DNA of 64,000 nucleotides from a virus (Duplodnaviria; Caudoviricetes): IMG/VR virus record IMGVR_UViG_3300042196_000418; one strand, 5' to 3'. Shown piece by piece: positions 23,577 to 32,436 of this stretch (position 1 is its first letter; each line of letters starts with the position of its first letter). The notes under the pieces were generated by a model. It saw only the letters and a program-made list of their open reading frames with translations, ran no database searches and was not told where the DNA came from. The position numbers and the translations under genes were made by a program.

Positions 23577-23857
23577 CCACTACGCGCCACCACTGCCCCG
23601 CGTGCGGCGGTCTCATCTCCGAGCCGATCGACGCACCCTTGCATTGCAAACATTGCGACTGGCACCTCATCACGCTGAAGGAGTGGCGAGAGCTGACGCC
23701 GTTGCAACAGGGATATGCCCACTACATGCAGTCTAGCTGGCCAACGAGCGAGCTCGCGAAGGTCAAGAATCCGTACGCGAAGGGAACCCGCCAGTGGAAG
23801 GAATTCTGCGACGGGGAACAAAGAGCCACGCGCAGCGTGATGGACGGTGAAGAATGA
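23573..23857 (+). CDS. Zinc ribbon plus Rmf/CrpP-like motif protein
   Basis: CPAC...CKHC, then QGY...KNPY...W..F..G. Confidence 0.55.
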   Translation: MTTTRHHCPACGGLISEPIDAPLHCKHCDWHLITLKEWRELTPLQQGYAHYMQSSWPTSELAKVKNPYAKGTRQWKEFCDGEQRATRSVMDGEE

Positions 23858-24114
23858 AGAAGCACGCGCCACGCGGACGCTTCGCGAAGAAGCACCCGAC
23901 GCTGGAGAACAAGGGCGTTCAGCGGATGCACCCACGGATCATCAACGTCAGCTTCGATGTCACCCAAGAAGTCGCTGCGGCCCTGCGAACGCTCCGCGAC
24001 ACGGGGCTGTTCGGCAACGGAATTGACTGCGCGTCGGTCGCAGAGGAACTGCTGCGTCGCTCGCTGCTCGAACCACAGATCGTTCCCTACTGGAGACGAG
24101 GGACAAGACCATGA
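23854..24114 (+). CDS. Small putative DNA-binding protein (ribbon-helix-helix-like)
   Basis: INVSFDV strand then helices ALRTLRDTGLFG...VAEELLRRSL. Confidence 0.5.
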   Translation: MKKHAPRGRFAKKHPTLENKGVQRMHPRIINVSFDVTQEVAAALRTLRDTGLFGNGIDCASVAEELLRRSLLEPQIVPYWRRGTRP

Positions 24115-24677
24115 AGACGACCAGCAAGGACACTCCGCTGAAAAATCCACAACCCATGCAGCCGGTGATCAAGGACGAGGGTGGCACGCTACGCTTCCGC
24201 GAGAACGCGGTTATCCGGTACATCGTCGACCATGCCGGCGACGTCGTTCACCCGGGGGCGCCCGCGATCGATCCCGGCACGGGACGACCCTACCACCAGG
24301 GCCGGCTCGACCTCGGCAAGCTCATGACGCTGGACTTTCCACAGGAAGACCGCGAGCAATTCGCCCAGCTCATGGGCTACGCGCTCACGGGCTATCACGA
24401 GCTGTCGTACGTGTCCGACGAGAGCGCGGCGCAGGCGAATGCACTGGCTCACGCGGTCGAGACGACGGCTGTCCAGTGCACGGCGGAAAGAAGCTTGCAT
24501 CCCTCAGACTTGAACCCGATCGAGCTTGCGGTGTGGGGAGCAGAATACGTTCGTGTGCGAGCGGACCGTAGTGCAGGTTCGTTCCCGGTACTACGCGCGG
24601 ACGACATTGCCGCGGCCGTCGAAGAAGCAAATCGCGCTGTCGGCGACATACGACGCCTGAGGTGGTCGTGCTCATGA
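24111..24677 (+). CDS. Phage-type hypothetical protein, paralogue B with different C-terminus
   Basis: LRFRENAVI...FPQEDREQFAQLMGYALTGYHELSYVSD. Confidence 0.75.
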   Translation: MKTTSKDTPLKNPQPMQPVIKDEGGTLRFRENAVIRYIVDHAGDVVHPGAPAIDPGTGRPYHQGRLDLGKLMTLDFPQEDREQFAQLMGYALTGYHELSYVSDESAAQANALAHAVETTAVQCTAERSLHPSDLNPIELAVWGAEYVRVRADRSAGSFPVLRADDIAAAVEEANRAVGDIRRLRWSCS

Positions 24678-25140
24678 CGAAGCACAACCGGGTGAAGGCA
24701 CCCACGCCCTACGATCGTCAACAGCAGGCCCTGCACGCACTCAACTGCGCGATCGGCTGCATGGTCGCGTGGCCGCCGAGCGAGGAGCACCTGGGCGCCG
24801 CCGTCTTCTTCACGGCGCTGGCGCTTCACCGGATGGTCCAGGCGGATCCGAGTGGCTCCGCTACCGTGTTTGCCGAGAAACACCTGGAACAAGCACGCCT
24901 GACAAAGACGGGCGTGATCCACGTCCCTACGAAGGAGGTCCCATGATCTACGGAGAGCATCTGTGCGCAGACGAGCAAGCGATCAATTGCACGTGCGGCG
25001 TGACCGCCACCGTAGAGGTCATCGACCAAAGCGGCAGCTCGTGCGGTTGGTACTGCCGGCGCTGCGCGTTGGATAAACGCGACGAGCTGAAGAGTTACGA
25101 GAAGCTCGCCAAGGCGATCGTACGAAAGGACCGGCTGTGA
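24674..25140 (+). other. Two coupled small CDS: 24674-24946, 24943-25140
   Basis: ATGA overlaps. Confidence 0.65.
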
Positions 25141-26156
25141 GTCGCGATCTCAAGCGTGTTCCTTTAACGTTCGCCTGGCCGTTGCACGAAATCTGGGGAG
25201 GCTTCGTCAACCCGTACTACCAGCTGGCCGGCAGATGCCCTGACTGCAAGAACGGTTACGATCGCGCGAAGGGTCGCCCAGACGCCAACGCGGTCCTCTT
25301 CCACGATCAGTGGTACGGCAACGCGCCGTTCGATCCGGTCGCGTACGGTGCCGAGCCGCTATCGCCGTTCGCACCTGCGATCTGGCGCCTCGCCAGCAGG
25401 AACGTGGACGCCGCACCCGACTTCTACATGATGAACGCAGAGCGGATCGCTCGCGAGGAGTTCAAGCACAAAGCGTTGACGGGTACCTTCCATGACGACG
25501 ATCCGCTCCTCGTCCCGTTCCCGGCGTTCGACAAAGAGTATGCAATCAACAGCGAGGCACGGAGGCTCTACGAGCTCTGGCGTTTTCAGTGGAACCATCA
25601 CCTGATCCAGGCCGACGTCGATGCACTCGTCACGGCAGATCGACTGTGGGACCTGACCCGTCGTCCACGCAACGAAGAGCAGCTCGATCAGCTGAAAGCG
25701 CAGGCCGCTGCCGGCGGATCGAGCTGCTGGCTCGACGCGCCGAACGGTCATCACCCAACAGCCGCCGAGGTGAATGCGTGGTCGCTCGAGGGCTTCGGTC
25801 ACGACGGCCTCAACAATAGCGTCTGCGTCAGAGCACGCTGCACCCGTGAGGCTGTCCCGTACATGTGCTGCCGCTGCCAAGGATCCGGAAAAATCTGGCC
25901 AACGCCCGAGATCGAACGGCAGTACGAAGACTGGCAACCCACGCCTCCGCCAACCGGCGACGGGTATCAGCTCTGGGAGGACTGCTCCGAAGGTTCGCCG
26001 GTCTCTCCTGTATTCGCCTCGCTCGACGAGCTGTGCGAATGGTCCGCCGAGCACGCCACGACGTTCGGTCCTCACAAGGCGACAGCCGAGGAGTGGAAAG
26101 AGATGCTCGACGGCGGCGTCGTACACGCCAAGGTCGGGAACGATATCTTCCTATGA
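25137..26156 (+). CDS. Conserved phage-type protein with split DnaJ-like Cys motifs
   Basis: RDLKRVPLTFAWPL, CPDCKNG, CCRCQGSG, PPTGDGYQLWEDCSEGSPVSPVF. Confidence 0.8.
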   Translation: MSRDLKRVPLTFAWPLHEIWGGFVNPYYQLAGRCPDCKNGYDRAKGRPDANAVLFHDQWYGNAPFDPVAYGAEPLSPFAPAIWRLASRNVDAAPDFYMMNAERIAREEFKHKALTGTFHDDDPLLVPFPAFDKEYAINSEARRLYELWRFQWNHHLIQADVDALVTADRLWDLTRRPRNEEQLDQLKAQAAAGGSSCWLDAPNGHHPTAAEVNAWSLEGFGHDGLNNSVCVRARCTREAVPYMCCRCQGSGKIWPTPEIERQYEDWQPTPPPTGDGYQLWEDCSEGSPVSPVFASLDELCEWSAEHATTFGPHKATAEEWKEMLDGGVVHAKVGNDIFL

Positions 26157-26443
26157 ACGCACCCATCGACATCGAGTGCCCGGCCTGTGCGGCGACAGCC
26201 GGCAACTACTGCACCGCACCCTCCACCGATCCGAAGGTCCGTCAGCGGGTCACCTTCTATCACGCCGAGCGTGTCGACGCCGCGTTTCGCCGGATCGCGA
26301 GCCGTCGAGACGACCCGCGCGCACTACGCGTTGCGCTGCGTGAGGCCCTCGACCGCCTTGAGAAGCACGAACCAGCTGTTCAGGCCGCGCTCACCAATGA
26401 CCTGAGCTTCATCATCACGACCCGAGAGGTGTTCGGACTATGA
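26153..26443 (+). CDS. Phage zinc-finger protein
   Basis: CPACAATAGNYC...HAER. Confidence 0.65.
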   Translation: MNAPIDIECPACAATAGNYCTAPSTDPKVRQRVTFYHAERVDAAFRRIASRRDDPRALRVALREALDRLEKHEPAVQAALTNDLSFIITTREVFGL

Positions 26444-28102
26444 GCAAGCGCCGCATCCGACTCATGTTCGATCATCCCACGCACACGTGCGACGTCGTAG
26501 TCGACATCCATTTACCGTTGCCAGAACCGATCGAGGAGAGCGTCGCTGCGATGGCCGATCGCGTCCGGCCCGCATGTCCGATCTGCAAACAACCCATGCC
26601 GTACACCGGATGGAGCTTCAGCGACCTCGACGACGATGACAACACCCTGGGGCCAACCCGATGAAGCCGCCGCTAAAGCTCATCCACGTCCACTGGCTGT
26701 TCAAGGAGGAGCCTACTTTCGCAGGACAGCCCCTCTGCGACGTTGCGCGAGCTGCGAGGGACACCGAGCACTCGATCGTGCTCCGGCCCGTCATCCGCCA
26801 GCGCTCGGGCGGGCGGCTACGCGAGTGCGCGCGCTGCGCGAGGATCGGCAGGGAGCTGGGAATCCCATGAGCCGCGACTACACGATGGAGGACTTCCACG
26901 CTGAGATGCGTCGCCGTGGCGTGCGTAAGGATGGCCCACAGATCACGGCTCCCGCAGCAACACAGGTCCCTGACGGCGCGGTCACCAGAATCGTCCGGTG
27001 CGGCGTCCACCCGATGCATTTTGTCAGGATCAGCGCGAGTGGCGCTCGCAGTGGCTGCCCCATGTGCGAAGCGGCCAGACGATGACGAACCAGAAAGATC
27101 TAACCGTGGTGAGTCCACATAACCCACTACCCTTTCGAACCGTGAACGGAGATCCACAGCATGCTCCGAGTGTCGCCCACGATCGTGCGCGGATCATCAC
27201 GCGGATCATCGGCTGCACCTGCGGCTGGCAAACGCCGTCCGGCACCACCGATTCCGATGAAGCTTTCACCATGCACTGTGCTGTCGTCAGTGTGCATCCT
27301 GGCATGGACGTCTATCTCGAGCTGCGAAACGAACGTGGCATTCCCGCCAAACCACACGCTGCACTTCTGGTCCAAGAGGAAACTACGTGAGCATCCGCCG
27401 TCCCAAGACGAAGACGAAACGCTGCGCGCACTGCAAACGCCGTCGACCCCGCCTCACGATCGAATGGCATCCGGGGATCGAGGAATGGCAATGCTCGAAT
27501 TTTAGCTCGTGCGACGAGGTGATCTTTCGCAACGAGGCTCGCAAACGCGAACGTGAGCGGCTGCTCCACGCGCGCCTGACCCAGGCTACCGACAAGGCAT
27601 TCTGGAAGAGCACTCGGTACAAGCCTGGTCAGAAACTCGACATGTCCAACCCACAGGATCGGAAAATGTCTCCGGTTTGGATGGGCATCTTCCAGCAAAA
27701 GCAACGTGAAGCGAAGGAGTCCACATGATTGGTCTCGATGATGACACCCTCAAGAAACGTCGTGTCCCAACGACACCAGAGGATCCTTCGCTAAGTCGCC
27801 TCGTGATGGCCCGATACGTCCTCCCGCCAGCGATCCGCTGCTTCTTCCATGTGTACGAGGAGCGCATCGGCACGTACGGCTTTCGCGTACTCAAGCACGT
27901 GCTGGTCTATCCAGGGAACGCCCGACCCGGGATGACGACGGGCTGCGAGTGCGACGTCCATCCCCATGAATACGTCATCGTCAGCAACAACATTGTTGTC
28001 GACCGGACTTGGTGCCGGGCTTGCGTCGCCGCCGTCGACAGGGAATCGAGACGTGGTCATTCACCAACGCGACGCACGCCAGCCAAAGAAGAGATCACCT
28101 GA
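26440..28102 (+). other. Six coupled small Cys-motif CDS: 26440-26664, 26661-26870, 26867-27085, 27082-27390, 27387-27728, 27725-28102
   Basis: Overlaps; CxxC or CxC in each. Confidence 0.65.
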
Positions 28103-28828
28103 TGCCACGCCACCAGCAAGTCACGACCTGTCGCAAAGGCGGTCCCGTCGAAAAGTTCTGCAACTGCGAAAACTGCTCGTTGTCGGTGTGCTCGGTCTGC
28201 GGTGCCTACGAAGACGGGCTCACGACCGATTGTCCAGGATTGAAGGTCGCCTTCAACCGTCAGAAGGAGGTCTACGAAACCAGCCTCGACTACACAGACG
28301 AACGTGGCTGGCACCTGGGAGCGCCGATGAAGCGCAGAACGCCGCGCTTCGAATCGACGAAGCTGCTGCCCGAGCTGCCACGCGTCGATCCGCGGACGGT
28401 CATCGCGCCGTCGATCTACTGGGCCGCAGTCGATCGTCATGTGAGTCTCCAGCACGAGCTCGCACAGAAGGCGATCGCATGGGCGCTTGCAGAAAGCACA
28501 GCCGAGGATCACTATCGCCGCGATCACCGGGAAGATCAACCTGCGCGAACCGAACGAGCATACGCAAGAGCTACTCGGCAAGCTCGAACACGCGAAGCTG
28601 GAATTCCGTCTCGCGAACCAGCGTGCAGAGACGTGTGACGACGAGTTCCGGCAAGCAGCAAGGACGCTCGTCACCGCGTTGAAGGAGGGCCAAGTCGCTG
28701 CCGTCGCCAACGATAAGACGCTGTTCACGCGTACGTGCGGCTGCACGGTCGTCGCAGGAGCGGCGTGCCCGCACTTCGTCGCCGCGAACAGCGGCATCGG
28801 GGAACCCCGGAAAACCACAGTTCGGTAA
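28102..28828 (+). pseudogene. Cys-rich plus coiled-coil gene with apparent frameshift near 28510
   Basis: Coding-like sequence switches from ORF 28102-28638 to frame 28487-28828 at GATCACTATCGCC. Confidence 0.5.
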
Positions 28829-28869
28829 TCAGCCAAATCCCGCGGGACCCCAGGTGAGATCGGCCCTCA

Positions 28870-28903
28870 GGATCTGCTAACAGATCCGCTAACGATACGT
28901 TAG
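28870..28903. other. Two adjacent perfect hairpins
   Basis: GGATCTG-ctaa-CAGATCC (28870-28887) and CTAACG-ata-CGTTAG (28889-28903). Confidence 0.6.
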
Positions 28904-28966
28904 ACTGTCCCCCAGCTGTGCTGCCATCGCCACGCCGCTCCCGCCGATCCGTGGACTCCTCGACAC

Positions 28967-29035
28967 GGGTACCTATCTACCCAGGTTTACTGATCCAAAC
29001 GTTACCTGCGGTCTCGAGCTGGCCCAGGAGTCGCA
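28967..29035 (+). promoter_or_regulatory. GGGTA-N6-TACCC palindrome plus sigma54-type element
   Basis: Palindrome 28967-28982; TGGCCCAGGAGTCGCA with GG 29021-22 and GC 29033-34. Confidence 0.7.
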
Positions 29036-29049
29036 CCTAGGTTCAAGGC

Positions 29050-29436
29050 ATGCACCCGCTTTCAATGCTATTCGGAGCAGCACTCTTCGCCCTCGGCGTT
29101 CTCGCCGTCGCGCTCGCAGATCGCATCCGCGGCCTGCGCGTCTCTCGCGATATGGCGCCGCCGCGTGAGCGGGCGCCCCGCGCGCCTTCGGTCTCCGCCC
29201 AGCCCGTCGAGACTGCCGAGCTGCTCCGGTCGACTCTCCCAAAGCCGCCCCGCGCGCCGCGCGCCGAACCGAAGGTCGCCAGCGCCGAGGACGACGTGAT
29301 CGCCGCACTCGTGACCGCGGGCTACAAGAAGTCGATCGCGACGGAAGCGGCGTGGGCGTGCAGCCCCGCCGAGCGCACGACGGTCGAGCGCTGGACGGCG
29401 GCAGCACTCCGCTGCGCGCACGGAGGGATGTCGTGA
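29050..29436 (+). CDS. Membrane-anchored protein with RuvA C-terminal (domain III)-like module
   Basis: Hydrophobic aa 4-23, Pro/Arg linker, then AEDDVIAALVTAGYKKSIATEAA...TVERWTAAALR; no OB-fold or HhH. Confidence 0.75.
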   Translation: MHPLSMLFGAALFALGVLAVALADRIRGLRVSRDMAPPRERAPRAPSVSAQPVETAELLRSTLPKPPRAPRAEPKVASAEDDVIAALVTAGYKKSIATEAAWACSPAERTTVERWTAAALRCAHGGMS

Positions 29437-29687
29437 GCCGCGTCGGCGTCTACCAGGCCGCAGCCGCTCGCTGTGGCACCACGATCGAACGTGCCTCCAA
29501 CGGCATCCCGCCGCGTATCGGCGGAGGCATCACCAAACACCCTCTCGCGCGAGACGTCGCCGAAACACTCGTCCGTGATCTCAAGGCGCTCGGTGCAGAG
29601 GCGAAGGTTTGCTCCCACGGGCCGCAGGACGATCAGGCGTTCGTCTACCTGTCGGGCTGCTCGTTCCAAAAGGGCGACCTCTCGTGA
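29433..29687 (+). CDS. Hypothetical protein
   Basis: GTGA-coupled. Confidence 0.65.
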   Translation: MSRVGVYQAAAARCGTTIERASNGIPPRIGGGITKHPLARDVAETLVRDLKALGAEAKVCSHGPQDDQAFVYLSGCSFQKGDLS

Positions 29688-29806
29688 CCAAGTTCAACCT
29701 CTCGATCGACCTTCGCACGCACGGTGATAGCGCTAGCGCTACTGCGAGCATGTTCCCATGAAGGCGAAGCTGCTCGCCGCTGCCCCGGCAGCCGATCGTC
29801 GATACG

Positions 29807-30064
29807 ATGTGCACGTCGTGCCCATTCAGACCGAACGCAGGCAAGCCAAAGATCAACGTGACGCCGGCAGAGCTGGAGAAGTTCAAGGACACTGCCCGGC
29901 GCAGCGAGTTCTACTGTCACGAGACCGTGCTCGAAGACCCGCGCACGACTGTCGGCGCCGATAGCGAGCCGTCGCCTCGCGTGCAGTCTCACTTCCGCGT
30001 CTGCCGTGGCGGGTGGGGGCTCAAGCTCAAGCACCTCGGAGCAGCGCGACGGAAAGAACAGTAG
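29807..30064 (+). CDS. Cys/His protein (CxxCPFR...FxCHxT...CxG), DUF6283-like
   Basis: Motif visible; coupled ATG at 29758 is out of frame. Confidence 0.6.
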   Translation: MCTSCPFRPNAGKPKINVTPAELEKFKDTARRSEFYCHETVLEDPRTTVGADSEPSPRVQSHFRVCRGGWGLKLKHLGAARRKEQ

Positions 30065-30067
30065 CCC

Positions 30068-30394
30068 ATGGTCAAGCTCGAACGGATCACCGAGGAGACC
30101 CTGACGCCCGAGCACACCGAGCGCGTTCGGCGTGCGGTGCTCGGCATCCCCCGCAAGAACTCAGTCCACCGCGCGATCCTCGCCGACTGCGCGCGCGTGC
30201 TCACCGGTGACAAGGCCGCTCGCGCGACCATCGTGCGCACCTGGAACGCGATGGTCACGCCGATCGACGAGCTGATCGAAAACTCCTCGCTGGGCGCCGC
30301 CATGCGGGACATCAAGGAGCGCGGCCTGGATGCGCACCTCAAGACCCTGGACGAAGAGCTGCGCCCCAAGCGTCGCGTGCGGAGGAAGCCGTAG
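30068..30394 (+). CDS. Hypothetical helical protein
   Basis: 108 aa, GC3-biased. Confidence 0.7.
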   Translation: MVKLERITEETLTPEHTERVRRAVLGIPRKNSVHRAILADCARVLTGDKAARATIVRTWNAMVTPIDELIENSSLGAAMRDIKERGLDAHLKTLDEELRPKRRVRRKP

Positions 30395-30451
30395 CGATGT
30401 CCAGGCACAACAAACCCTGCTTGCCCAGCTATCACCCAAGTGGAGCGAACG

Positions 30452-30685
30452 ATGCGCGATGAAAGCCCGGGATGGTGCAAGCCGCGCAAACCGTGCGTCG
30501 GGTGCGACGAAATTGTAGCGACTGGAATCAGCTACCAACCGCACACGTGTCTAGCCTCAACGCCTGTCGGGGCGGCTATCGGCCTTGGCCCGTGTGCTGA
30601 GTGCGAGTCGCTGCGCGACGACCCGTGCCGTTCTCCGAGCAGGCGTACGCGACTGCCCCATGCGGGTCGTAGGAGGGTTGGATGA
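30452..30685 (+). CDS. Small zinc-finger protein
   Basis: CVGC and CAEC...PC...HAGR, similar to 26153-26443. Confidence 0.5.
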   Translation: MRDESPGWCKPRKPCVGCDEIVATGISYQPHTCLASTPVGAAIGLGPCAECESLRDDPCRSPSRRTRLPHAGRRRVG

Positions 30686-31029
30686 CAAACGAACCGACCA
30701 AGGTGGCAGCGGAGAGCGAGGCTCCCGATCACCGCTTCCTCACGAACATCCACCAACGCAAACTCGAAACCGATCAGATGATCCAGCGACGGCGACGGTT
30801 CACAAACTACGCCACGCCCGCAGAGAACCTGCCGATGAAGCGATGGACCGCGGGAATCGCCGCGCTACGCCGGTTCGCTGCCGGCGAACGATGGAATCGC
30901 CGCACGAGGCGGCTCACCGTGCAGCGCCTCTACGTCGAGGGGCTGATCGATGATGTCGGCGATGACTACAACTGGAAAATAACCGAAGCCGGCAAGGAGT
31001 TCCTGTTCCGGCTCGACGGAGGCTGCTGA
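30682..31029 (+). CDS. Winged-helix-like hypothetical protein
   Basis: TVQRLYVEGLI...WKITEAGKEFL. Confidence 0.6.
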   Translation: MTNEPTKVAAESEAPDHRFLTNIHQRKLETDQMIQRRRRFTNYATPAENLPMKRWTAGIAALRRFAAGERWNRRTRRLTVQRLYVEGLIDDVGDDYNWKITEAGKEFLFRLDGGC

Positions 31030-31259
31030 TGGGTCGTCACGACCACGTCCACGTCCACGCGTCCGAGACCCGCGTCGACGTCGTGTGCGAGTCCTGTCAG
31101 GCGCCGATCAACGTCGCGTGCTCATGTGCCGAAGGAACCCTGACGTCGGACCGAGCAACGTCTGACCGTGCGTCCGAGACCCGCGTCGACGTCGTGTGCG
31201 AGTCCTGTCAGGCTCCGGTCGGAGTCGCGTGCACGTGCGCCGACGGAGTTTTCACGTGA
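31029..31259 (+). CDS. Cys/His-rich protein with internal duplication
   Basis: HDHVHVH plus two copies of ASETRVDVVCESCQAP...ACxC. Confidence 0.6.
   Translation: MGRHDHVHVHASETRVDVVCESCQAPINVACSCAEGTLTSDRATSDRASETRVDVVCESCQAPVGVACTCADGVFT
31059..31213 (+). repeat. 44-bp exact direct repeat, 111-bp period
   Basis: 31059-31102 identical to 31170-31213. Confidence 0.9.
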
Positions 31260-31262
31260 CCG

Positions 31263-31385
31263 GGGTACTTCGATACCCGGCTCAGCACCGCCACGCGATG
31301 TGTGAACCGCGAGCTCTGGGTAGCTACCTACCCACGGTCACCTCTCGCGAACTTACGTGCAGATCGGACCGGCACGCGGGTCGCA
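31263..31385 (+). promoter_or_regulatory. Two GGGTA-N6-TACCC palindromes plus sigma54-type element
   Basis: Palindromes 31263-31278 and 31318-31333; GGCACGCGGGTCGCA with GG 31371-72 and GC 31383-84. Confidence 0.75.
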
Positions 31386-31398
31386 TTGAAGGATTGCC

Positions 31399-32436
31399 AT
31401 GAACGCTCCTGCACTCCGCCTCGTTCCCGACGCGTCTCCGCACTCGACCCGCTCGACGGCGACGGCAGAGGATCCGGCCCTCCGCCCGACCTCGTTCGAC
31501 GACTACATCGGCCAGGCAGACGTGATCGCGAACCTGCGCCAATCGGTTCGCGCCGCCAAGCGCGGCGGCTGGCAGCTCGACCACATGCTGTTCGGTGGTC
31601 CTGCGGGCCTCGGCAAAACCTCGCTCGCGGCAGTCGTCGCGGCCGAGCTGGGCGGAAAGTTCCGAGCGACCTCAGCCCCCGCGATCGAGCACAAGGGTGC
31701 CCTCGCGTCGCTGCTCACCACGCTGGAGGACGGCGACGTCCTCTTCATCGACGAGATCCACGCGCTCGATCGCGCCGTCGCCGAGTGCCTGTATTCGGCC
31801 ATGGAGGATCGCGTGATCGATCTGCCGGCTGGCAAGCGGGTCATCCGCGTGCCACTGCCAAAGTTCACGCTGCTCGGAGCCACGACCCACGCAGGCAAGC
31901 TCTCCAAGCCGCTGCTCGATCGCTTCGGCTTCATCTGGCAGCTCAAGCCCTACACGCTGCCCGAGCTGGCAACGATCCTCGCCCGATCGGCGAGAAAGCT
32001 CGGCGTCGCGATCGACGAAGAAGGCGCTCTCGCAATCGCGGGGGCATCTCGCGGCACCCCGCGCATCGCCAACCGCCTGTTGCGCCGCGTGCGTGACGTC
32101 GCCGCGAACGCCGCGGACGACGGTGCGCTCGTCCTGGGCGGACTCGAAGACCTGACGTGCGCGAACGGTACCGTCAACGGTCCGCTCGTAGTCGCCGCGC
32201 TCGCGCAGCTCGGCATCGATCACCTGGGCCTCGACTCGCTCGATCGCCGCTACCTCGCGGTCGTGCTCGATCGCCCGGTGGGCATCGAGGCGATCTGCGC
32301 CGAGCTGGCCGAAGATCGCAGCACGATCGAGGACGCCGTCGAGCCCTTCCTCATGCAGGCGGGACTCATCAAGCGCGGCGGCAAGGGGCGCCTCGCCACG
32401 GAAGCGGGCCGCACGCACCTCGCGGAGGTTGCATGA
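31399..32436 (+). CDS. ruvB: RuvB-family AAA+ DNA translocase (divergent)
   Basis: LRPTSFDDYIGQ, Walker A GPAGLGKTS, Walker B LFIDEIH, LYSAMED, GATT, DRFG, RGTPRIANRLLRRVRD, EPFL. Confidence 0.95.
   Translation: MNAPALRLVPDASPHSTRSTATAEDPALRPTSFDDYIGQADVIANLRQSVRAAKRGGWQLDHMLFGGPAGLGKTSLAAVVAAELGGKFRATSAPAIEHKGALASLLTTLEDGDVLFIDEIHALDRAVAECLYSAMEDRVIDLPAGKRVIRVPLPKFTLLGATTHAGKLSKPLLDRFGFIWQLKPYTLPELATILARSARKLGVAIDEEGALAIAGASRGTPRIANRLLRRVRDVAANAADDGALVLGGLEDLTCANGTVNGPLVVAALAQLGIDHLGLDSLDRRYLAVVLDRPVGIEAICAELAEDRSTIEDAVEPFLMQAGLIKRGGKGRLATEAGRTHLAEVA

Noticed and set aside
31059-31213. Direct repeat as a CRISPR array
   Set aside because: Only two copies, in-frame inside a CDS, no cas genes
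31399-32436. RuvB-like AAA+ as the sigma54 activator of the palindromes
   Set aside because: No GAFTGA loop or Fis-type HTH; all motifs are RuvB-type
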